Positions 26,089-37,700 of a stretch of DNA of 64,000 nucleotides are shown here, piece after piece. Position 1 is the stretch's first letter; each line of letters begins with the position of its first letter. Source of the stretch: Fimbriosthenelais zetlandica (taxonomy: Eukaryota); assembly GCA_977030845.1 (NCBI GenBank), contig OZ365115.1, positions 15,252,001 to 15,316,000 on the forward strand, written 5' to 3'. A model generated the notes under the pieces. The model ran no database searches, had not been told where the DNA came from, and saw only the letters and a list, made by a program, of their open reading frames with translations. Position numbers and translations under genes: made by a program.

Positions 26089-27147
26089 CCCTATCTCTCC
26101 TTTGTACCATAAATGAATGTTTTTTCATCTTACACGGGGTAGAAGTAGGCCTCGGGTATCCAGATGCTTGATGATTGTAGTTGAACATGTGTGATACCTC
26201 CGTGATGTACAGGGGCCCACGATATCCGCGGATCATTCCATGTCTTAACATACCACATGTCAATTAATTAATTATAATTGGCAACTAATTTATGACAAGT
26301 ACTTCTTCAATTGAAATTGCAAAAAACATAGTAAAAAAACTTCAGTATAGCCTACATGGACGCATATAGACAGATGCCATTGAACCATTGTAACTAATAT
26401 TTTTAAAACTTTTAATTTTTACAAATTTACAAAACCGACCTGTGTCTTTACACATGTTGTTAATACTACACTACATTTAGAAAATACTTGTGTAACTTAC
26501 AAAATAGTTTCTGGCCCTGAGGGTGATGGTGTTGGAGACAGGGTTATAGTCGTGTAGAGCGACCATGGAGAGTGAATGATGTATAGTCACAGGTTCACTC
26601 ATGTTTACTATGGGTACCTGCAATAAAATGTACACCAGTCAAATATTAATAATGAGAAACAGAAATTAGGAGAAGATACAGATACCATCTTCAATGCGAC
26701 CGTAGGCTACGTGAAACTAACGCTTGACCTCCACTTCCTGCAAAACATTATGAAACTATTTTTTAGGAAACTATTTTCGGCTCTTGTCCATGCACATAGT
26801 TCCTCTAATATCTTGACATATTATTAAGATTCAAGAATATCTTTTAAAAGATCCCGAGATGCATGGAAACTTACTGTTTTATACAAATTACGTTCCAGTA
26901 AGTGCACCAGACGACCCATCCTGTACCACGGTGCTACGTCCTTCGAGGTTTCCCTGGAAATATTAAAAAGAATATCTGATTATTATTATAAAACAGATAA
27001 TGTTGAAGCCAATACACACTCGCCATAAAAGACTGACGATTACATAAAGTAAATTACTTACTGACGATTCCTTCTTCTAAAACCCAACGCTTGGATTGAA
27101 GTCATCATTAAGAAAAGTAATCCAAAACTTCTCCAGAAAGTGTTCAT
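25282..27147 (-). CDS. Secreted acetylcholine-binding-protein-like (Cys-loop ligand-binding domain only) protein, 6 coding exons, 243 aa
   Basis: Exons 27062-27147, 26875-26953, 26501-26617, 26134-26243, 25642-25762, 25282-25500; GT-AG and phase-consistent (732 nt). Signal peptide MNTFWRSFGLLFLMMTSIQA. LBD landmarks: RLVHLLERNLY helix, VPIVNMSEPV, TWNDPRISW, GGITHV, IWIPEAYFY, DGDVIW, C..C-TFRLWT and a final VITYTFTF strand, then a stop with no TM helices. Confidence 0.85.
25880..26092. repeat. (CT)n/(CTTC)n microsatellite in an intron of the AChBP-like gene
   Basis: Visible directly. Confidence 0.95.
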
Positions 27148-27453
27148 CTTGGATTTTTTTTTCTCTGCCTGCAAAGAAACAATATTTGTAAATAAAATCT
27201 TAACAGAAATGAAATAATTAATTTCTAATCATTACTTGAAAATGTTAATGTCATAAGATGTGCAGGCTTACTGGATTAAAGCAATATAACCTACTTATTT
27301 ATGATAGAATATATTTGGGGTGTCTGCCTGCTGTCCGTCTTCCTTGCGTTTCAGATACTTGGCATATATTTTCCCTAACACATGGATAGCTATAACAATA
27401 GAGAGAAAAGTCGCAGAGTCCATTATTTGTAGAGGGGTGGGGATATAATATGA

Positions 27454-27716
27454 TTTATATCATGTTATTAGCTTGTATTTACTGAAAATGGTGGATGTAC
27501 ATAGCGGGAATAATGTCATCTCTACACCACGCGGGGTGTACAGACGTAACCAAGCAAAATGTAGCGTTGTTAACGTCATGTTGCTAACGTCATTTTTGTT
27601 GGCGACGTTATGACGTCATCACAGCTGCTCGCTTGTTTACAAGATTGCAGCCCGCTTTATCGCTCAAAAAGGTTTGTTTTCACGGATTAATTTAAAATAT
27701 GACAACATGATATAAA
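27454..27716. mobile_element. MITE with 13-bp TIR TTTATATCATGTT
   Basis: TTTATATCATGTT (27454-27466) and AACATGATATAAA (27704-27716) flank a CpG-rich interior. Confidence 0.5.
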
Positions 27717-27890
27717 GACAGAATATCCCTCGGGTGATGTGCCTCTCGAGCTATACCAGGGCACAAGTTTTGGTTGCCTAAAAGCACATCCCTCGAGCCC
27801 TGCGGGCTCTCAGGATGTACTTTTAGTCAACCAAAACTTGTGCCCTGGTATACCTCTCGAGGCACATCCCCCTTGGGACATTCTGTCTTA
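27714..27890. mobile_element. ~175-bp near-perfect palindrome (foldback MITE)
   Basis: The arm AAGACAGAAT...TATACCAGGGCACAAGTTTTGGTTG..TAAAAG pairs with CTTTTAG.CAACCAAAACTTGTGCCCTGGTATA...ATTCTGTCTT around a central GAGCCC-TGC-GGGCTC hairpin. Confidence 0.8.
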
Positions 27891-29039
27891 GTAGCCATAT
27901 TTCCCTATATGCATGCGATCATAAAATAGGCCTATGTTGGGCACTATCAGTACTGCATATCATGCAAAGTTCATTCAGTTTAAAAGCACCATCTCATTAT
28001 AGTGATACATCCTTTTTTACTCAAACTAAATCAATCTACATACCACAAATTTCGTAGGAAAAGTATTAATGATTACTAATAGGAATAAGTTTTGAAATAG
28101 TACTATAAAGGGACAAGGCAGTGTTATTTTTCGATACTAACTTTTATAGTTAATAGAAGCCTATATATTTTATAAGCTGCTCCCCCAGTTGTTCATTCTA
28201 ACTATGCCATAATGATATGCGATCGTTGCTCAGATTGTCCCATGTCGGTTTGGTCTCTAAACATGTATTTGACCCATGTATGCAGCTTGTTAGCCGCTAT
28301 AGCTTATAATGTTACCAAATTATTTCCGTCACCTTTTTTTCTAGTTCAGTAAATAGCGGTCAGTGATGGTTCTGGATAATTGAGCCTCAGAGGGCGAGTT
28401 AACATAGGGGACCCTAGATTCTGTGTGGGTTTATGGCATGATATGTTATTGTTAGGCAACTCTTCTTGTCATATTCAGGGGGTTCGCGGGGTTCGATCCA
28501 AACCCCCTTTTTGGAGAAAAAAAAAAGAAAAAAAAAGGTCTAAAATAAAATTTAAAATGGCCAAACAGAATCGGTGTTGCAGTTTCAATATATCTAGGCC
28601 CTATGTAAGTGTCAATACTGAACTGTCCGATTGGTTCCAGGGACCCACAATTTGCCAAACATCAACATTAAAGTTCAATATATACTATTCTTTTGTAATA
28701 TATAATGCAATATATTACTCTATTTATGCTTGTATAGGGCCTAATGGAGGATCAGGTGCTAGCGCCGCTTTCCACCTTGCGGCAAAATTGAGAATCAGTT
28801 GAGGCAGGACAAGTTCATCATTTTCCTCGCAGGGGTCAGCACAGTCTGCATACATTATCTATTGCGAAATATGGTTCATATCCATTTATTGCCAAATATT
28901 CGGTAGAATTCACAATTTTAAGACTTTCTAATAATACATTATTAATTAATTAACATGCTCCTATGTCCATAATTACAGGGAAAATTCTATAAATCTGATT
29001 TTAGTCCTGATCGGGTTCCGTTCCAGGTTAGCCTTTTAC

Positions 29040-29328
29040 GTGTAACCGGGTCTCAAGTCACGCGGTTTCTCGCGAGATCTCTAACTGACTGAATTAATAA
29101 CCAATAGCCTTCACAAAGAACCGAGAGAAGGACTGAGAAAGAACTCCACAAAGATCCGTCTCAGCTTCATTTGAACTTGAAATTCCATTCTACATTTATT
29201 CTTCATATACAGAACTATAGTAAGCGGGGGTTTTCCTAGGCTCCCTCCGCTTTCTTTTCTAAAAATCAAGAGAAGAATTTTGACTCTATTCGCTGCCGGC
29301 CATATTTGTATGTAGCTGTTAAGCTTAG
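29040..29328 (+). promoter_or_regulatory. eIF4G2 promoter and non-coding first exon
   Basis: CpG-rich patch containing the palindrome TCTCGCGAGA (29068-29077), followed by a strong donor AG|GTAAGT at 29328/29329. Exon 2 acceptor TTGCAG| is at 31697. Confidence 0.6.
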
Positions 29329-31764
29329 GTAAGTGTGAAAATACTCGCGAAATGACTCAATTTAGCTAAACTTATACCGTACTCATAACTTAACCCATAT
29401 AATATTACTGTAGAGAAATACCAGCTCTATCATATTGTATAGAATTGTGAATATCCAACTCAGTACATTGACTTTATTCCTTCCTTCTCGGCGGCCACTT
29501 TGCCATGTCTCAAGTGAAGCCTCCCTCACTCCCAACTACAACATGACCAATGGTGGGGGAACCCAAATAAAACGCATAGATTTTCGTTTAAATTTCATTC
29601 AAATCCTTCAGAATTCGATAATAATTTTCATTATTCGTGTATAGATTTCTTAAGGATGTTCTGGGACGGCCTATAGCTTGTAGATGTCTTCTAATGTCGG
29701 GTGCTTGAGGTGGCTTGGGCATGGCTTGGGTTCGCCATTACAGTTTGGCCCACCCAAGCCAACCCAGTTTACTGGAACAAGAAATTAGAAATTTATGCCA
29801 TTTCCTTCCTACATTTTTCTGGCCCAGTATAAATAGTTCGATCCTGAATGTTTCGATGTTCAAGCCAGAACATTACTGGGGCATTTTGGGCAGGATTTGA
29901 ATGAATATTTTCGATGGTTTTCATTTTCATATTTCATTCATAGGCCATAGCCAAGCCAAGGCCCAGTCTTCCGCATGGGTTCAGTCAGTCCATGACTCCA
30001 TATCATGTGTATTGGCATTGGAGCTCATTTAGTAGCCCTACTAATGGTCTTGTGGCTGAATTAGAAGCTTTTAGCATTGAACATTTTCCCCAAATTCTTG
30101 ACCATTGTATAAGGCTCCCCAACACAATTTAATATGGAACACCACTGTAAAATGGACTAAATATTTAATGTAAAACGCAGCCTTTTCTAGTCTTTGCCTA
30201 CTTTTGTAGCCCCCCCCCCCCCCCCCCCCCCCCTGAAATTTAGCTTAGTGCCATACCGGTAGCTATTGTCCAGAATCTTTGTTATATTCATGAATGGACA
30301 TTGTTGGTCCATGAGTGTGCTCCTTTGTCTCTATGTACAGGATGTGTATTGTTTAATGTGTATTGAGTCTTTTGGACTTTCCACTTGGCTCGAGTGAATG
30401 TAAATAATATAATGAATGTCCCTAGTTCTCTTTGGCTACTATTACATCTAGTAGCCCTTCTGAAGTTCATGATATATTTTGTATCATTCATTTTACAGAA
30501 TTTCAGTAAATAATACCTAAAGGAGTCCCTTCATTTGAGGAGAAATTACGTAGTTTGCCCAGATAAAATGAGTAATTTGTTACGTAATTCTTTAGTTAGA
30601 AGGATGCAAGAACTTTGTGATGGAATTTCTTATGTTCGTACCTAATTTTTGTGCTGTAGACAATTGGCTCCACTAATGTAGCTCTTCTGGTAATGGAAAG
30701 CACCAGTTGTTAGTCATTGTTAGCGTTACATATTATGACCCAGGGATAATTACAGTTTAGCTCGCTAGAGTTTCTAAGCCCTTAAATTGATTTAAAGACT
30801 AAAGTAGCTAATGTTTAACGAGTGTATGCTCATACGTCTGCCACCTGCAGCTTAAATCATAGTTCAAACAGGGACATTTACTGAGGCAAACATGGTCTGC
30901 TCATACTTAATAGTGGATAAATAGAAACAGGTTTTTGTTCAGTGACCAGTCCATGATCCCATTTAGCCTAAGACAATACTACCCAAAACAAAGAGGTCGA
31001 GTGCTATTAACTCGACATTGAATTATTTTATCAGATTTGATTATTCACCCTGGATAATCTAGGGCTAGTTTGCCTAATATCAATGCTTTTATGGCAATTC
31101 CCAATCTAAATATTGCATACCATAAGAAATAAAGTATTTCGACTTTATCAGTATGGAAATCACTTCTATTGTTCCATAGCGTTTACACGTATTTTATCAA
31201 ACCAATAGTGCCTTGGAGCCTAGTCCAGTAGGCCTACATTCATATCTTCCTGGTTCTACGAGTCCTGTACATGAGTAGGCATTTTCTGTTAAAAAAACTA
31301 CCTGTTACTCAATGCAAAAGGATTGGATTGACTGAGGGTTAATTTTGCTGGTAGGAGTTATGGTTTCAACTTTGTACAATCTGTATTTCTCAGGTCAACA
31401 GTAAGCTGTGCTCTAACTTTTAGACCAGTCAACTAAGCTGGTTGGCCTATATATTTCACAATACATTCCTTGTACAGGAAAAGTCTACTCTCAATTGAAT
31501 TCCCTCTATTTTGAAATAAATTTGCTTGATAACTATTCGAATCTTGATGATCCAAGATGAAATTTATATAAAACTTTAAGGATATAAGAAAATGCACTAT
31601 TGAAATATTTAGGGCGACTACCTCTTTTAACACTAATTATTCCATGTTTTATTAAAGTATATAGAATTAAAATTCTGTTTATTTCTTCTCTTGCAGACCC
31701 TTCTTTCTAAGTTTTTTATTTATAACTCCTTTGTGATCGGGTTCGCTAAAAAGTCATCATAATA

Positions 31765-34700
31765 CTGGACACGCAGAGAGAGCAGGGTGGTGCTTCTCGA
31801 CGTGCGGGAGGAAGGTGAGCACAAGCTTTTTTTAAATTTTAATTTTAATCAGAATATTTTGTCTGGTATCTTGTAGGGTTTTGTTTAGGTTACATTTTCA
31901 GCACATCGACGCTTCAGTCCCTGTACTAATGTTGAAGGTATAGGTTTTTCTTGAGTTAAAATGGCCGACATTGTCCCAGAGTAAAATGACGCACTTTCTC
32001 TTTTGAATTCCGCCCAAATGACGCACATTTTTTCTGGGTCAGGATAATGAGTGATTTATACAGGGAAGTCTCGGCAATTTGCATATTTCATTCCTCCCAG
32101 TTTCCACAATTTAACAATAGGATTTGCAATAGTCAAAAATTGTTGACTGGACAAAAAAAAAATGAAATCATTGTTTCATCTACAGTGTGTCCTAATGGTG
32201 CACTTAGTGTATTGTGTAATAGCTCATAGATTTTAGGTGATACATGTAATAAAGTGTTCACTTTATGGAGGTTTTACTGTAATTCTGACATGTCCTTAGT
32301 GTTGGACGGATGAATGGGAATGACATTTGATATGGAAAACAACATAGTCAGGAGTAGAGTGTTCCAACAGAGCCCACAGGAACTAGCCAATTCCTGAGTG
32401 GCCTACGTCAGTGGTTAGATGGTTAGATAGAGCCCTAATTCTCCTTCACTGGAAATGTGCCACCCCACTTCTCCCACCCATGACCTCTATCTATGCTCCC
32501 TCAAATTCCGTGTAAGCCAGTCAGTTAGCCCTACTTTATAACTGACTAACCCACAGACCTCTCATCCTTTGTATGTAGGGTGAATTGTGTACTCATTCCA
32601 GGCTTCAAACTAGGTGAATATATCTAGAAAATGCTCTAGTGAATACCAGGAAAGATTAAGCATTTCTTTCGCTTTCATTTAAGCAAAGGATATTTAAATA
32701 TTTCCTAACTTTCCTTATTCGGAAGCAGTGTTTCTTTTGCTTTCTATGAGGACCAGATATGTAGACCTGTGAATTATCTCCTTGTCAAAAGTCACAATGT
32801 TGGATTTACACAGTCATGGTGAAACTGATTTATATTTCAAGAAGAAATGAATTATTTTTTAATGAACCTCTTGGGTACCTGCTCATGGTAATATGTGCGG
32901 ATGCAGCATTGAGGATTCCCCTTACCGGTAATAATTTAAAAATAATTTTACCGGATGAGGGCCTACCCATGACGGATACAAGTTTTATTTTGTACCTAAT
33001 TTATGATCTAATAAGTTGTTTACGTAAGAGGAACATCCTGTTGTGCTGATCCTTTCCGTAATGGTTCCAGGATCTTCTAGGAATCTGTATTTTATATTTT
33101 GTACTGAGTGCCATCTGCCCCCTCCCACACCCCCATCTACCCCCCCCCCCCCCACCCCCCGTCATCCGGCTTGAGTTGGTTTTTAATGAGCAGGCAGTGC
33201 TCTGTGTTTAATTCAGCAAACCCTCATGATCCCTGAATAGTCAACATTTTTCAGATTTGTTTTAAAGACATTATTCTTGTCCTTTAATTCCCAAAATGTT
33301 CATGTACGCGATTACTGTTAGCCCCTTCAAGTTGAATGATTTGCACCTAGTATTACTTAGAAATATATTCAAGAATGGAACTTAGTTTATGCTCCAAAGG
33401 ATCCAAGTATTAGTTGGAATATTTCTGGGTAGGATTATAATCTTTTACTGGTTTAGCTCTCTCGCAATTCGAGAAATGGAAAGTAGGAATCATTTAATGT
33501 ATGGAAACCGACTCCAAACACGTGTTTTGAAGTCGTTGATGCGTGTGATCGTCGTTTAAGATTTAGTCGTGACATGTGGTCTGTTATTATGAGGACTGAA
33601 CGTCACTTGATGTTGTCAGATAGGGCGTGTGTTCTAAACACCTAGCTACCCCACACTGAGCAATATAACACGTATATTGCTGCCAGAAATCAAAGACCAG
33701 TGCCAAATAGTGAGGTACAAAGGGTGCTAATGCCAATTTAGCTTTCATATTTAAATTATAAATTGTAAAGTTAGAATATTAACTTATAGCATTGCTGCAT
33801 AATTTTGAAAATTTTATTTTAAAATGTAAAAGTGTCTATTGTCTCAGGTATGTACCCCCTGCGAAGCAATAGTGAATATGTATGTAGTTGACTGCCATAT
33901 AGTCGGGTACAGAGGAATTCCCCTAGTTAAATCATTAAGGAGTAGGTAGTAGAGAGAGGGTTAAATATTAGTGTTTTTGTGCATGGGGTGTGGAGGGTTA
34001 ATGCGCATTAAACGTTAGCAGGACTTGGGTGGTGTGTGGAAGCCGCGTCGCTGAGTCATGGCCTTCTGAGGTGGCTGGGGGTTGTGTGTGTGGGGGGGGG
34101 GGGGGTACATTTGGATCCTTCATCGCGCACCATTTGCTCTGTGGGGACCTCCCCCAGTATTGAGAGAATCCGAGATTCCCTGCTTTTCCAGGGGATTCCC
34201 TGTATCTGCTGAATGAATTGATATAGTAGATATACTAGACCAGGGGGAGGGGTGGGGGTACTCCTACAATATAATTGCATCCTTCATTTAAGTAATAATG
34301 CGCACCATTTGGTATGTGGGGGACATCCCCATGTATGGGGGATTCCCTGCTTTACCAGGGGATTCCCTGTATTAAATGCGGAATGAATGGACTATGTAGT
34401 AGATATAGTATAACCAGCCCTATACTCCGTACCTTGGTAGAGATGGATACTCCGTCTATGTTGTAGATTGCTAATGTACTCGGCCTCTTAAATCTTGACT
34501 AGCTCATTCACCACTGAGACGCGGCTGCTCCTGCCAGTTCATAATATTGTACCAGATAACGGACAGAACGTTAAACCATAGAACCATATATAAGCCTCTA
34601 TTATAGATCTATAAACAAAATATCCACCCCCCCCCCCCCAGCTCCTACCCTCATGCATTCTCAGTACATTCCGATCAGTCACACCACATTTATATTTTTT

Positions 34701-37700
34701 ACAACATAAATCGCGTTCAATCTAGCCTAATGCCCTAATAAACTGGCATGTTAAGCTTGATCTTTAAAGCCTATTTTTTGCTCATTATCTCGTGGCTATA
34801 AAGCATGAAGGGGCTGCTCCTTGGTGCTGCTCCATCAATGCTATTGTAGTGTGGTGATGGGTGGTGGTGGCCTGGACTGGCCTGGGGACAGGGTGGTGGT
34901 GGAGGTGGTGGTGGTGGTGCTGCTCACCCAGCCTCCCCATCTCCTCACCACCCATACTCTCAACCATCTGGCACTGACTCTCGCTATATTGAAGGCTGAA
35001 TGTGCCGGGATGCCTGCCAAGTAGTGCGGCATGGAGTGCTCCCTCCCAGGCTCCCGTCATATAATCACAGGGCAAGTGTTTTTAGCGAAATAATGCGAAA
35101 AAAACTAGAAAAAAGGGTGGAAAATAGCCAAAATTTAAAAATGTCGTGGATTGAATTGGATTGAAAGAATAGCCCCCCTCCCAGTAGAATGTGAATATTT
35201 TTGTGAGTTCTTGATCATGGGTCTTTTTATGGAGGTTGTACTGTACTTGGATCACAGGAGATGATCCATGGTTTTACTGTACTGGATCACAGTGGATCTG
35301 AACCTTAATTCAGTCATTAATGATGGCTTGTTACCATGGTAACACAACTTGGTTACAGACTTGTTGTATGGCAGAAGTGACAGACTAATTTGTGTGACCA
35401 GTACTAGATGTAGATGTTGACAATGCCAGCCCAGACCCCCGGCCCCCCCCCCACCCTCACCACCAGCTGTCATCTCATCATGGTTACCATGGTAACCCAT
35501 GACCGGGTGTCATGATGGACGCTGAGTGTACTCCATGACCCCTCCTCTCGCCTCCTCTCCCTCCACCATCACTCCCTACACCGCATTTGGCATCGGTTAA
35601 TAAGTCATTTTGCTACATATTAAAAAACATAATTGCCAATGCGACGCCCAATTTTCATCAATAATATAAATGTTTTATTTTCATGATTTGTTTCTTATTT
35701 GGCAATGACAGTCCCATATGGGAAAATGAATATAATTATGAAGTACGTAAATGCCTCTTTTTTATTTGAGTATGAAATCAAAAAATAAAAAGGAGCGAGT
35801 GAGGGAGCTGTGAATGCATTCCCGTCATGGGGACGAGGGCTTGTGTAGAAAACGCAGTGTCAGTCACAAACTGAGCATGCATGTACCAAGCCGTGAATGG
35901 CATATGGCATTCAGTGTGTTACGTAATACATAGTCATGCTGGGTGAGGTGGGGCTTGCTTGGCTATTGACCACATGGCTATTTTTAGAAAGTCTTTGTTT
36001 TAGCAGGTGGTTGAGGTCGGTGGAGGGTTATTACCATGTATAGGTGCTAATGCTACTATATTACGTAACGTTACATCATATAATAGCGTCTCTAGTCTTC
36101 ATTCTATAATTCTCTGCCTGCCTCTCTGTCGGGTGGCTCTCCCACCCCTCTCCCTCTCACCCACCCTTCTCGCTCATCTCCCAACCAAGTGGATATTCCA
36201 GTACTTACGACGAACATTCATATTACTTATGACCATTTTAAGGTAAATATCTTTAGGTACATTTTGATAGCATTATTTCAGTGTTAGGTTGTAGGGCAGG
36301 GCGGGGAGGAGTGAGGCTGGGGTCAGGTTATGTCTAGCATTAGACCACCGCCCTCTAGTGTTAGACCACCTCTCTAGTATTAAACAGATTACCTGTCGGT
36401 TCAGGGCTGTTTTTATAGTCTAGCTATTTACTGGAGTAAAGAGGCCTGTTTTTACCCTCAAAATGGCTCGACTTGAAATAAACTGGGCCTGAGTGAAACT
36501 AGACTTGTTGTACAGGCCTTGGTTTGGTGGAGTTCTCCTTAGATTTTCAGGCGATATTCCAGTTATTATTGGGGATGAGCTATATTGATAGAATTATTTT
36601 TTCACGAAGCCAATTTATGCTCTAGAGGTTCTATATGCCCTCACAAAAATGTTTATAATATTATTAAAAATATATCCAGTTTACCAATAATGGATCTTTT
36701 TAAATAGGATAAGATCCGAGTCTGATGGGAGGAGAGTTGTGGAGATGAGAGCATGTTCAGGACATGGCCTCTCGTCCTATCCTTACATTAAATCTACACA
36801 TTCTATTTTAGTCCTTTTTCCAAGCATCACTCGATCACAACAAAGGAGAACCAAAATAGCACAAGAGCCATGACGTTAGTCCTAACTAGGTTACCGTGTT
36901 CCGATTTCACGAGCCGGACCCATTGACGTAAGGCGACCTTTGAGCCTGATCAAGTGACATGAAATTTAAATTGATGTTTCTCTATATCAGACTTGACATG
37001 AAAAAAAGGAAAAGTGGAAAGAAAACGTAGGTGTTGACGTAGTAGGTGGGTGGAGTGGAGACTTGAGACAGAGAATAAGGCCAAGCTCATGTATCCGACA
37101 TATTTGGCAATAAAATGAATTCAATTTTCAATAGAATATCTTGATTTGAAATGAAACATTGAATACACATCGTCAGTCATAATAAGGCAGGGTGCGACAA
37201 GATCAGAATAATCAACTTGCCCCTGGGCGGGTAGATTTGAAATCTACACGCCTGACAGAAAATTTAACTGTCTTTTAGATACCCGATTTAAGCCTCGTAA
37301 ATAATGTATTATAATATATCCTAGATTGCTTAGAACTATGAGTAAAATAGTACTCAAGAATGGAATTTCTTTTTGACATTACAAGTCCGTATAAAACCAA
37401 AGGTAGAGATTCAAGACTTTCAGTTGTCGTTTTTATTCCGACCCCTAGGATTATCATACCCTCGTCACCAAACCTTATAGAACCCTCACTTGGATTGCCT
37501 CACCTTTCTATGGTCTTCTCTACCAGACCCAGAAAGGCGCGGCCTTGGCCAAGTGGGGCTCAGAGGGTTCTATCTACTATTCTTGGTTCTATCCACTTAG
37601 TATTCTTTTAGCAGTTTTATGCCTAAATATAGGAAGTTATTTGCTGCTAATTGTAGTTAGAAAGGCAAAAACAGTACAATTAAGAATTGAGTTTTCCCAG

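Noticed and set aside
30208-30233. Long poly-C/poly-G runs as G-quadruplex elements (also 3615, 8505, 9352, 33140, 52084, 62673)
   Set aside because: Homopolymers are frequent across the window with no positional pattern, and their length is error-prone in assemblies.
34785-35075. Minus-strand poly-His ORF suggesting a transcription factor exon
   Set aside because: It is the antisense reading of a (GGT)n tract, with no flanking minus-strand splice sites or domain.
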